NCBI RefSeq assembly: GCF_009914755.1
Contig: NC_060936.1
Source: the human T2T-CHM13v2.0 reference genome, Homo sapiens
Length of the DNA stretch: 64,000 nucleotides
Reading direction: 5' to 3' (one strand)
Made by a program: the position numbers and the translations under genes. The notes beneath the pieces were generated by a model. That model ran no database searches, was not told the DNA's origin, and was given only the letters and a program-made list of their open reading frames with translations. This document shows positions 41,301 through 54,341 of this stretch, in pieces. Within the stretch, counting starts at the first letter, position 1, and each line of letters begins with the position of its first letter.

Positions 41301-44300
41301 AGCGCTGGAAATCTCCAGCTGCAAATTCCACAAAAAGGGTGTTTAACATCTGCTCTTCTAAAGGAAAGTTCAACTCTATGCGTTGAATACACACAGCACA
41401 AAGAAGTTACTGAGACTTCTCCTATCAAACATTATATGAAGAAATCCCGTTTCCAACGAAGGCCCCAAAGAGGTCCAAATATCTGCTTGCAGACTTTACA
41501 GACAGAGTTTTTCCAAACTGCTCCATCAAAAGAAAGGTTAAACTCCTTGAGTTGAACACACACATCACAAAGTAGTTTCTGTGAATGATTCTGTCTAGTT
41601 TTTATACGAAGATGTTTCCTTTTCTACCTTTGGTTTCAAAGCGATTGAAATCTCCACATGGAAACTCCACAAAAAGAGTGTTTCAAATCTGCTCTTTCTG
41701 AAGGAAGGTTCAACTCTGTGAGTTGAATACACACACCACAAATAAGTTACTGAGAATTCTTCTGTGTAACATTATATGAGGAAATCCCGTTTCCAACGAA
41801 GGCCTCAAAGAGGTCCAAATATCCACTTGCAGACTTTACAAAGACAGTGTCTCCAAACTCCTCCATCAAAAGAAAGGTTATACTCTGTGAATTGAACGCA
41901 CACATCACAAAGTAGTTTCTGAGAACGATTCTGTCTAGTTTTCATACGAAGATATTTCCTTTTCTACATTTGGCCTAAAAGCGCTTGAAATCTCCACCTG
42001 CAAATATCACAAAAAGAGGGTTTCACATCTGCTCTGTCTAAAGGACAGTTCACCTCTGTGAGTTGAATAGAGGCAACACAAAGAACTTACTCAGTATTCT
42101 TCTTTCTAGCGTTCTATGAAGAAATCCCGTTTCCAACGAAGGCCTCAAAGAGGTCCAAATATCTGCTTGCACACTTTACAGACAGAGTGTTTCCAAACTA
42201 CTCTATGAAAAGAAAGCTTAAACTCCTTGAGTTGAACGCACACATCACAAAGTAGTTTCTGAGAATGATTCTGTCTAGTTTTTATACGAAGATGTTTCCT
42301 TTTCTACATTTGGTCTCAAAGCGATTGAAATCTCCAACTGGAAACTGCACAAATAGGGTGTTTCAAATCTGCTCTGTCTAAAGGAAGGTTCAACTCTGTG
42401 AGTTGAATACACACACCACAAATAAGTTACTGAGAATTCTTCTGTCGAACATTACTTGAAGAAATACCGTTTCCAAAGAAGGCCTCAAAGAGGTCAAAAT
42501 ATCCACTTGCAGACATTACAAACAGAGTGTTTCAAAACTGCTCCATCAAAAGAAAGGTTAAACTCTGTGAGCTGAACACACACATGAAAAAGAAGTTTCT
42601 GTGAATGATTCTGTCTAGATTTTATAAGAAGATGTTTCCTTTTCTACCGTAGGCCTCAAAGCGCTTGAAATCTCCAGCTGCAAATTCTACAAAAAGGGTG
42701 TTTAACATCTGCTCTTCTAAAGGAAAGTTCAACTCTATGCGTTGAATAAACACAGCAGAAAGAAGTTACTGAGACTTCTCCTATCAAACATTATATGAAG
42801 AAATCCCGTTTCCAACGAAGGCCCCAAAGAGGTCCAAATATCTGCTTGCAGACTTTACAGACAGAGTTTTTCCAAACAGCTCCATCAAAAGAAAGGTTAA
42901 ACTCCTTGAGTTGAACACACACATCACAAAGTAGTTTCTGTGAATGATTCTGTCTAGTTTTTATACGAAGATGTTTCCTTTTCTACCTTTGGTCTCAAAG
43001 CGATTGAAATCTCCACATGGAAACTCCACAAAAAGAGTGTTTCAAATCTGCTCTTTCTGAAGGAAGGTTCAACTCTGTGAGTTGAATACACACACCACAA
43101 ATAAGTTACTGAGAATTCTTCTGTGTAACATTATATGAGGAAATCCCGTTTCCAACGAAGGCCTCAAAGAGGTCCAAATATCCACTTGCAGACTTTACAA
43201 AGACAGTGTCTCCAAACTCCTCCATCAAAAGAAAGGTTATACTCTGTGAATTGAACGCACACATCACAAAGTAGTTTCTGAGAACGATTCTGTCTAGTTT
43301 TCATACGAAGATATTTCCTTTTCTACATTTGGCCTAAAAGCGCTTGAAATCTCCACCTGCAAATATCACAAAAAGAGGGTTTCACATCTGCTCTGTCTAA
43401 AGGACAGTTCACCTCTGTGAGTTGAATAGAGGCAACACAAAGAACTTACTCAGTATTCTTCTTTCTAGCGTTCTATGAAGAAATCCCGTTTCCAACGAAG
43501 GCCTCAAAGAGGTCCAAATATCTGCTTGCACACTTTACAGACAGAGTGTTTCCAAACTACTCTATGAAAAGAAAGCTTAAACTCCTTGAGTTGAACGCAC
43601 ACATCACAAAGTAGTTTCTGAGAATGATTCTGTCTAGTTTTTATACGAAGATGTTTCCTTTTCTACATTTGGTCTCAAAGCGATTGAAATCTCCAACTGG
43701 AAACTGCACAAATAGGGTGTTTCAAATCTGCTCTGTCTAAAGGAAGGTTCAACTCTGTGAGTTGAATACACACACCACAAATAAGTTACTGAGAATTCTT
43801 CTGTCGAACATTACTTGAAGAAATACCGTTTCCAAAGAAGGCCTCAAAGAGGTCAAAATATCCACTTGCAGACATTACAAACAGAGTGTTTCAAAACTGC
43901 TCCATCAAAAGAAAGGTTAAACTCTGTGAGCTGAACACACACATGAAAAAGAAGTTTCTGTGAATGATTCTGTCTAGATTTTATAAGAAGATGTTTCCTT
44001 TTCTACCGTAGGCCTCAAAGCGCTTGAAATCTCCAGCTGCAAATTCTACAAAAAGGGTGTTTAACATCTGCTCTTCTAAAGGAAAGTTCAACTCTATGCG
44101 TTGAATAAACACAGCAGAAAGAAGTTACTGAGACTTCTCCTATCAAACATTATATGAAGAAATCCCGTTTCCAACGAAGGCCCCAAAGAGGTCCAAATAT
44201 CTGCTTGCAGACTTTACAGACAGAGTTTTTCCAAACAGCTCCATCAAAAGAAAGGTTAAACTCCTTGAGTTGAACACACACATCACAAAGTAGTTTCTGT

Positions 44301-47300
44301 GAATGATTCTGTCTAGTTTTTATACGAAGATGTTTCCTTTTCTACCTTTGGTCTCAAAGCGATTGAAATCTCCACATGGAAACTCCACAAAAAGAGTGTT
44401 TCAAATCTGCTCTTTCTGAAGGAAGGTTCAACTCTGTGAGTTGAATACACACACCACAAATAAGTTACTGAGAATTCTTCTGTGTAACATTATATGAGGA
44501 AATCCCGTTTCCAACGAAGGCCTCAAAGAGGTCCAAATATCCACTTGCAGACTTTACAAAGACAGTGTCTCCAAACTCCTCCATCAAAAGAAAGGTTATA
44601 CTCTGTGAATTGAACGCACACATCACAAAGTAGTTTCTGAGAATGATTCTGTCTAGTTTTTATACGAAGATATTTCCTTTTCTACATTTGGCCTAAAAGC
44701 GCTTGAAATCTCCACCTGCAAATATCACAAAAAGAGGGTTTCACATCTGCTCTGTCTAAAGGACAGTTCACCTCTGTGAGTTGAATAGAGGCAACACAAA
44801 GAACTTACTCAGTATTCTTCTTTCTAGCGCTCTATGAAGAAATCCCGTTTCCAACGAATGCCTCAAAGAGGTCCAAATATCTGCTTGCAGACTTCAGAGA
44901 CAGAGTGTTTCCAAAGTACTCTATGAAAAGAAAGCTTAAACTCCTTGAGTTGAACGCACACATCACAAAGTAGTTTCTGAGAATGATTCTGTCTAGTTTT
45001 TATACGAAGATGTTTCCTTTTCTACATTTGGTCTCAAAGCGATTGAAATCTCCAACTGGAAACTGCACAAATAGGGTGTTTCAAATCTGCTCTTTCTAAA
45101 GGAAGGTTCAACTCTGTGAGTTGAATACACACACCACAAATAAGTTACTGAGAATTCTTCTGTCGAACATTACATGAAGAAATCCCGTTTCCAACGAAGG
45201 CCTCAAAGAGGTCCAAATATCCACTTGCAGACATTACAAACAGTGTGTTTCCAAACTGCTCCATCAAAAGAAAGGTTAAACTCTGTGAGCTGAACACACA
45301 TCAAAAAGAAGTTTCTGTGAATGATTCTGTCTAGATTTTATAAGAAGATGTTTCCTTTTCTACAGTACGCCACAAAGCGCTTGAAATCTCCAGCTGCAAA
45401 TTCCACAAAAAGGGTGTTTAACATCTGCTCTTCTAAAGGAAAGTTCAACTCTATGAGTTAAATAAACACAGCAGAAAGAAGTTACTGAGACTTCTCCTAT
45501 CAAACATTATATGAAGAAATCCCGTTTCCAACGAAGGCCTCAAAGAGGTCCAAATATCTGCTTGCAGACTTTACAGACAGAGTTTTTCCAAACTGCTCCA
45601 TCAAAAGAAAGGTTAAACTCCTTGAGTTGAACACACACATCACAAAGTAGTTTCTCTGAATGATTCTGTCTAGTTTTTATACGAAGATGTTTCCTTTTCT
45701 ACCTTTGGTCTCAATGCGATTGAAATCTCCACATGGAAACTCCACAAAAAGAGTGTTTCAAATCTGCTCTTTCTGAAGGAAGGTTCAACTCTGTGAGTTG
45801 AATACACACACCACAAATAAGTTACTGAGAATTCTTCTGTGTAACATTATATGAGGAAATCCCGTTTCCAACGAAGGCCTCAAAGAGGTCCAAATATGCA
45901 CTTGCAGACTTTACAAAGACAGTGTCTCCAAACTCCTCCATCAAAAGAAAGGTTATACTCTGTGAATTGAACGCACACATCACAAAGTAGTTTCTGAGAA
46001 TGATTCTGTCTAGTTTTTATACGAAGATATTTCCTTTTCTACATTTGGCCTAAAAGCGCTTGAAATCTCCACCTGCAAATATCACAAAAAGAGGGTTTCA
46101 CATCTGCTCTGTCTAAAGGACAGTTCACCTCTGTGAGTTGAATAGAGGCAACACAAAGAACTTACTCAGTATTCTTCTTTCTAGCGTTCTATGAAGAAAT
46201 CCCGTTTCCAACGAAGGCCCCAAAGAGGTCCAAATATCTGCTTGCAGACTTTACAGACAGAGTGTTTCCAAACTACTCTATGAAAAGAAAGCTTAAACTC
46301 CTTGAGTTGAACGCACACATCACAAAGTAGTTTCTGAGAATGATGCTGTCTAGTTTTTATACGAAGATGTTTCCTTTTCTACATTTGGTCTCAAAGCGAT
46401 TGAAATCTCCAACTGGAAACTGCACAAATAGGGTGTTTCAAATCTGCTCTGTCTAAAGGAAGGTTCAACTCTGTGAGTTGAATACACACACCACAAATAA
46501 GTTACTGAGTATTCTTCTGTCGAACATTACTTGAAGAAATCCCGTTTCCAACGAAGGCCTCAAAGAGGTCCAAATATCCACTTGCAGACATTACAAACCG
46601 AGTGTTTCCAAACTGCTCCATCAACAGAAAGGTTAAACTCTGTGAGCTGAACACACACATCAAAAAGAAGTTTCTGTGAATGATTCTGTCTAGATTTTAT
46701 AAGAAGATGTTTCCTTTTCTACCGTAGGCCTCAAAGCACTTGAAATCTCCAGCTGCAAATTCCACAAAAAGGGTGTTTAACATCTGCTCTTCTAAAGGAA
46801 AGTTCAACTCTATGAGTTGAATACACACAGCACAAAGAAGTTACTGAGACATCTCCTATCAAACATTATATGAAGAAATCCCGTTTCCAACGAAGGCCCC
46901 AAAGAGGTCCAAATATCTGCTTGCAGACTTTACAGACAGAGTTTTTCCAAACAGCTCCATCAAAAGAAAGGTTAAACTCCTTGAGTTGAACACACACATC
47001 ACAAAGTAGTTTCTGTGAATGATTCTGTCTAGTTTTTATACGAAGATGTTTCCTTTTCTACCTTTGGTCTCAAAGCGATTGAAATCTCCACATGGAAACT
47101 CCACAAAAAGAGTGTTTCAAATCTGCTCTTTCTGAAGGAAGGTTCAACTCTGTGAGTTGAATACACACACCACAAATAAGTTACTGAGAATTCTTCTGTG
47201 TAACATTATATGAGGAAATCCCGTTTCCAACGAAGGCCTCAAAGAGGTCCAAATATCCACTTGCAGACTTTACAAAGACAGTGTCTCCAAACTCCTCCAT

Positions 47301-50300
47301 CAAAAGAAAGGTTATACTCTGTGAATTGAACGCACACATCACAAAGTAGTTTCTGAGAACGATTCTGTCTAGTTTTCATACGAAGATATTTCCTTTTCTA
47401 CATTTGGCCTAAAAGCGCTTGAAATCTCCACCTGCAAATATCACAAAAACAGGGTTTCACATCTGCTCTGTCTAAAGGACAGTTCACCTCTGTGAGTTGA
47501 ATAGAGGCAACACAAAGAACTTACTCAGTATTCTTCTTTCTAGCGTTCTATGAAGAAATCCCGTTTCCAACGAAGGCCTCAAAGAGGTCCAAATATCTGC
47601 TTGCACACTTTACAGACAGAGTGTTTCCAAACTACTCTATGAAAAGAAAGCTTAAACTCCTTGAGTTGAACGCACACATCACAAAGTAGTTTCTGAGAAT
47701 GATTCTGTCTAGTTTTTATACGAAGATGTTTCCTTTTCTACATTTGGTCTCAAAGCGATTGAAATCTCCAACTGGAAACTGCACAAATAGGGTGTTTCAA
47801 ATCTGCTCTGTCTAAAGGAAGGTTCAACTCTGTGAGTTGAATACACACACCACAAATAAGTTACTGAGAATTCTTCTGTCGAACATTACTTGAAGAAATA
47901 CCGTTTCCAAAGAAGGCCTCAAAGAGGTCAAAATATCCACTTGCAGACATTACAAACAGAGTGTTTCAAAACTGCTCCATCAAAAGAAAGGTTAAACTCT
48001 GTGAGCTGAACACACACATGAAAAAGAAGTTTCTGTGAATGATTCTGTCTAGATTTTATAAGAAGATGTTTCCTTTTCTACCGTAGGCCTCAAAGCGCTT
48101 GAAATCTCCAGCTGCAAATTCTACAAAAAGGGTGTTTAACATCTGCTCTTCTAAAGGAAAGTTCAACTCTATGCGTTGAATAAACACAGCAGAAAGAAGT
48201 TACTGAGACTTCTCCTATCAAACATTATATGAAGAAATCCCGTTTCCAACGAAGGCCCCAAAGAGGTCCAAATATCTGCTTGCAGACTTTACAGACAGAG
48301 TTTTTCCAAACAGCTCCATCAAAAGAAAGGTTAAACTCCTTGAGTTGAACACACACATCACAAAGTAGTTTCTGTGAATGATTCTGTCTAGTTTTTATAC
48401 GAAGATGTTTCCTTTTCTACCTTTGGTCTCAAAGCGATTGAAATCTCCACATGGAAACTCCACAAAAAGAGTGTTTCAAATCTGCTCTTTCTGAAGGAAG
48501 GTTCAACTCTGTGAGTTGAATACACACACCACAAATAAGTTACTGAGAATTCTTCTGTGTAACATTATATGAGGAAATCCCGTTTCCAACGAAGGCCTCA
48601 AAGAGGTCCAAATATCCACTTGCAGACTTTACAAAGACAGTGTCTCCAAACTCCTCCATCAAAAGAAAGGTTATACTCTGTGAATTGAACGCACACATCA
48701 CAAAGTAGTTTCTGAGAATGATTCTGTCTAGTTTTTATACGAAGATATTTCCTTTTCTACATTTGGCCTAAAAGCGCTTGAAATCTCCACCTGCAAATAT
48801 CACAAAAAGAGGGTTTCACATCTGCTCTGTCTAAAGGACAGTTCACCTCTGTGAGTTGAATAGAGGCAACACAAAGAACTTACTCAGTATTCTTCTTTCT
48901 AGCGCTCTATGAAGAAATCCCGTTTCCAACGAAGGCCTCAAAGAGGTCCAAATATCTGCTTGCAGACTTCACAGACAGAGTGTTTCCAAAGTACTCTATG
49001 AAAAGAAAGCTTAAACTCCTTGAGTTGAACGCACACATCACAAAGTAGTTTCTGAGAATGATTCTGTCTAGTTTTTATACGAAGATGTTTCCTTTTCTAC
49101 ATTTGGTCTCAAAGCGATTGAAATCTCCAACTGGAAACTGCACAAATAGGGTGTTTCAAATCTGCTCTTTCTAAAGGAAGGTTCAACTCTGTGAGTTGAA
49201 TACACACACCACAAATAAGTTACTGAGAATTCTTCTGTCGAACATTACATGAAGAAATCCCGTTTCCAACGAAGGCCTCAAAGAGGTCCAAATATCCACT
49301 TGCAGACATTACAAACAGTGTGTTTCCAAACTGCTCCATCAAAAGAAAGGTTAAACTCTGTGAGCTGAACACACATCAAAAAGAAGTTTCTGTGAATGAT
49401 TCTGTCTAGATTTTATAAGAAGATGTTTCCTTTTCTACAGTACGCCACAAAGCGCTTGAAATCTCCAGCTGCAAATTCCACAAAAAGGGTGTTTAACATC
49501 TGCTCTTCTAAAGGAAAGTTCAACTCTATGAGTTAAATAAACACAGCAGAAAGAAGTTACTGAGACTTCTCCTATCAAACATTATATGAAGAAATCCCGT
49601 TTCCAACGAAGGCCTCAAAGAGGTCCAAATATCTGCTTGCAGACTTTACAGACAGAGTTTTTCCAAACTGCTCCATCAAAAGAAAGGTTAAACTCCTTGA
49701 GTTGAACACACACATCACAAAGTAGTTTCTGTGAATGATTCTGTCTAGTTTTTATACGAAGATGTTTCCTTTTCTACCTTTGGTCTCAATGCGATTGAAA
49801 TCTCCACATGGAAACTCCACAAAAAGAGTGTTTCAAATCTGCTCTTTCTGAAGGAAGGTTCAACTCTGTGAGTTGAATACACACACCACAAATAAGTTAC
49901 TGAGAATTCTTCTGTGTAACATTATATGAGGAAATCCCGTTTCCAACGAAGGCCTCAAAGAGGTCCAAATATCCACTTGCAGACTTTACAAAGACAGTGT
50001 CTCCAAACTCCTCCATCAAAAGAAAGGTTATACTCTGTGAATTGAACGCACACATCACAAAGTAGTTTCTGAGAATGATTCTGTCTAGTTTTTATACGAA
50101 GATATTTCCTTTTCTACATTTGGCCTAAAAGCGCTTGAAATCTCCAAGTGCAAATATCACAAAAAGAGGGTTTCACATCTGCTCTGTCTAAAGGACAGTT
50201 CACCTCTGTGAGTTGAATAGAGGCAACACAAAGAACTTACTCAGTATTCTTCTTTCTAGCGTTCTATGAAGAAATCCCGTTTCCAACGAAGGCCCCAAAG

Positions 50301-52983
50301 AGGTCCAAATATCTGCTTGCAGACTTTACAGACAGAGTGTTTCCAAACTACTCTATGAAAAGAAAGCTTAAACTCCTTGAGTTGAACGCACACATCACAA
50401 AGTAGTTTCTGAGAATGATGCTGTCTAGTTTTTATACGAAGATGTTTCCTTTTCTACATTTGGTCTCAAAGCGATTGAAATCTCCAACTGGAAACTGCAC
50501 AAATAGGGTGTTTCAAATCTGCTCTGTCTAAAGGAAGGTTCAACTCTGTGAGTTGAATACACACACCACAAATAAGTTACTGAGTATTCTTCTGTCGAAC
50601 ATTACTTGAAGAAATCCCGTTTCCAACGAAGGCCTCAAAGAGGTCCAAATATCCACTTGCAGACATTACAAACCGAGTGTTTCCAAACTGCTCCATCAAC
50701 AGAAAGGTTAAACTCTGTGAGCTGAACACACACATCAAAAAGAAGTTTCTGTGAATGATTCTGTCTAGATTTTATAAAAAGATGTTTCCTTTTCTACCGT
50801 AGGCCACAAAGCGCTTGAAATCTCCAGCTGCAAATTCCACAAAAAGGGTGTTTAACATCTGCTCTTCTAAAGGAAAGTTCAACTCTATGCGTTGAATACA
50901 CACAGCACAAAGAAGTTACTGAGACTTCTCCTATCAAACATTATATGAAGAAATCCCGTTTCCAACGAAGGCCTCAAAGAGGTCCAAATATCTGCTTGCA
51001 CACTTTACAGACAGAGTGTTTCCAAACTGCTCCATCAAAAGAAAGGTTAAACTCCTTGAGTTGAACACACACATCACAAAGTAGTTTCTGTGAATGATTC
51101 TGTCTAGTTTTTATACGAAGATGTTTCCTTTTCTACCTTTGGTCTCAAAGCGATTGAAATCTCCACATGGAAACTCCACAAAAAGAGTGTTTCAAATCTG
51201 CTCTTTCTGAAGGAAGGTTCAACTCTGTGAGTTGAATACACACACCACTAATAAGTTACTGAGAATTCTTCTGTGTAACATTATATGAGGAAATCCCGTT
51301 TCCAACGAAGGCCTCAAAGAGGTCCAAATATCCACTTGCAGACTTTACAAAGACAGTGTCTCCAAACTCCTCCATCAAAAGAAAGGTTATACTCTGTGAA
51401 TTGAACGCACACATCACAAAGTAGTTTCTGAGAACGATTCTGTCTAGTTTTCATACGAAGATATTTCCTTTTCTACATTTGGCCTAAAAGCGCTTGAAAT
51501 CTCCACCTGCAAATATCACAAAAACAGGGTTTCACATCTGCTCTGTCTAAAGGACAGTTCACCTCTGTGAGTTGAATAGAGGCAACACAAAGAACTTACT
51601 CAGTATTCTTCTTTCTAGCGTTCTATGAAGAAATCCCGTTTCCAACGAAGGCCTCAAAGAGGTCCAAATATCTGCTTGCAGACTTTACAGACAGAGTGTT
51701 TCCAAACTACTCTATGAAAAGAAAGCTTAAACTCCTTGAGTTGAACGCACACATCACAAAGTAGTTTCTGAGAATGATTCTGTCTAGTTTTTATACGAAG
51801 ATGTTTCCTTTTCTACATTTGGTCTCAAAGCGATTGAAATCTCCAACTGGAAACTGTACAAATAGGGTGTTTCAAATCTACTCTGTCTAAAGGAAGGTTC
51901 AACTCTGTGAGTTGAATACACACACCACAAATAAGTTACTGAGAATTCTTCTGTCGAATATTACAGGAAGAAATCCCGTTTCCAACGAAGGCCTCAAAGA
52001 GGTCCAAATATCCACTTGCAGACATTACAAACAGAGTGTTTCCAAACTGCTCCATCAAAAGAAAGGTTAAACTCTGTGAGCTGAACACACACATCAAAAA
52101 GAAGTTTCTGTGAATGATTCTGTCTAGATTTTATAAGAAGATGTTTCCTTTTCTACCGTAGGCCTCAAAGCGCTTGAAATCTCCAGCTGCAAATTCCACA
52201 AAAAGGGTGTTTAACATCTGCTCTTCTAAAGGAAACTTCAACTCTATGAGTTGAATACACACAGCACAAAGAAGTTACTGAGACTTCTCCTATCAAACAT
52301 TATATGAAGAAATCCCGTTTCCAACGAAGGCCTCAAAGAGGTCCAAATATCTGCTTGCAGACTTTACAGACAGAGTTTTTCCAAACTGCTCCATCAAAAG
52401 AAAGGTTAAACTCCTTGAGTTAAACACACACATCACAAAGTAGTTTCTGTGAATGATTCTGTCTAGTTTTTATACGAAGATGTTTCCTTTTCTACCTTTG
52501 GTCTCAAAGCGATTGAAATCTCCACATGGAAACTCCACAAAAAGAGTGTTTCAAATCTGCTCTTTCTGAAGGAAGGTTCAACTCTGTGAGTTGAATACAC
52601 ACACCACAAATAAGTTACTGAGAATTCTTCTGTGTAACATTATATGAGGAAATCCCGTTTCCAACGAAGGCCACAAAGAGGTCCAAATATCCACTTGCAG
52701 ACTTTACAAAGACAGTGTCTCCAAACTCCTCCATCAAAAGAAAGGTTATACTCTGTGAATTGAACGCACACATCACAAAGTAGTTTCTGAGAATGATTCT
52801 GTCTAGTTTTTATAAGAAGATATTTCCTTTTCTACATTTGGCCTAAAAGCGCTTGAAATCTCCACCTGCAAATATCACAAAAAGAGGGTTTCACATCTGC
52901 TCTGTCTAAAGGACAGTTCACCTCTGTGAGTTGAATAGAGGCAACACAAAGAACTTACTCAGTATTCTTCTTTCTAGCGTTCT
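35323..52983 (-). repeat. Run of 13 consecutive canonical 8-mer HORs
   Basis: Strict A-B-C-D order. A dimers start at 35323, 36682, 38041, 39400, 40757, 42116, 43475, 44834, 46191, 47550, 48909, 50266 and 51625. Confidence 0.9.
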
Positions 52984-54341
52984 ATGAAGAAATCCCGTTT
53001 CCAACGAAGACCCCAATGAGGTCCAAATATCTGCTTGCAGACTTTACAGACAGAGTGTTTCCAAACTACTCTATGAAAAGAAAGCTTAAACTCCTTGAGT
53101 TGAACGCACACATCACAAAGTAGTTTCTGAGAATGATGCTGTCTAGTTTTTGTACGAAGATGTTTCCTTTTCTACATTTGGTCTCAAAGCGATTAAAATC
53201 TCCAACTGGAAACTGCACAAATAGGGTGTTTCAAATCTGCTCTGTCTAAAGGAAGGTTCAACTCTGTGAGTTGAATACACACACCACAAATAAGTTACTG
53301 AGAATTCTTCTGTCGAACATTACAGGAAGAAATCCCGTTTCCAACGAAGGCCTCAAAGAGGTCCAAATATCCACTTGCAGACATTACAAACAGAGTGTTT
53401 CCAAACTACTCCATCAAAAGAAAGGTTAAACTCTGTGAGCTGAACACACACATCAAAAAGAAGTTTCTGTGAATGATTCTGTCTAGATTTTATAAGAAGA
53501 TGTTTCCTTTTCTACCGTAGGCCTCAAAGCGCTTGTAATCTCCAGCTGCAAATTCCACAAAAAGGGTGTTTAACATCTGCTCTTCTAAAGGAAAGTTCAA
53601 CTCTATGAGTTGAATACACACAGCACAAAGAAGTTACTGAGACTTCTCCTATCAAACATTATATGAAGAAATCCCGTTTCCAACGAAGGCCTCAAAGAGG
53701 TCCAAATATCCACTTGCAGACATTACAAACAGAGTGTTTCCAAACTGCTCCATCAAAAGAAAGGTTAAACTCTGTGAGCTGAACACACACATCAAAAATA
53801 AGTTTCTGTGAATGATTCTGTCTAGATTTTGTAAGAAGATGTTTCCTTTTCTACCGTAGGCCTCAAAGCGCTTGAAATCTCCACCTGCAAATTCCACAAA
53901 AAGGGTGTTTTACATCTGCTCTTCTAAAGGAAAGTTCAACTCTATGCGTTGAATACACACAGGACAAAGAAGTTACTGAGACTTCTCCTATCAAACATTA
54001 TATGAAGAAATCCCGTTTCCAACGAAGGCCTCAAAGAGGTCCAAATATCTGCTTGCAGACTTTACAGACAGAGTGTTTCCAAACTGCTCCATCAAAAGAA
54101 AGGTTAAACTCCTTGAGTTGAACACACACATCACAAAGTAGTTTTTGTGAATGATTCTGTCTAGTTTTTATACGAAGATGTTTCCTTTTCTACCTTTGGT
54201 CTCAAAGCGATTGAAATCTCCACATGGAAACTCCACAAAAAGAGTGTTTCAAATCTGCTCTTTCTGAAGGAAGGTTCAACTCTGTGAGTTGAATACACAC
54301 ACCACAAATAAGTTACTGAGAATTCTTCTGTGTAACATTAT
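52644..54341 (-). repeat. Block D-A-B-B-C with a doubled B dimer; duplicated at 59096-60793 (offset 6452 bp)
   Basis: B-B junctions at 53663 and 60115. Shared variants ggccacaaag, tttataagaagatat, gcgcttgtaatc, gattttgtaag, gttttacatc, acaggacaaa, agtttttgtg. ORF-track offset 60104-53652 = 6452. Confidence 0.9.
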
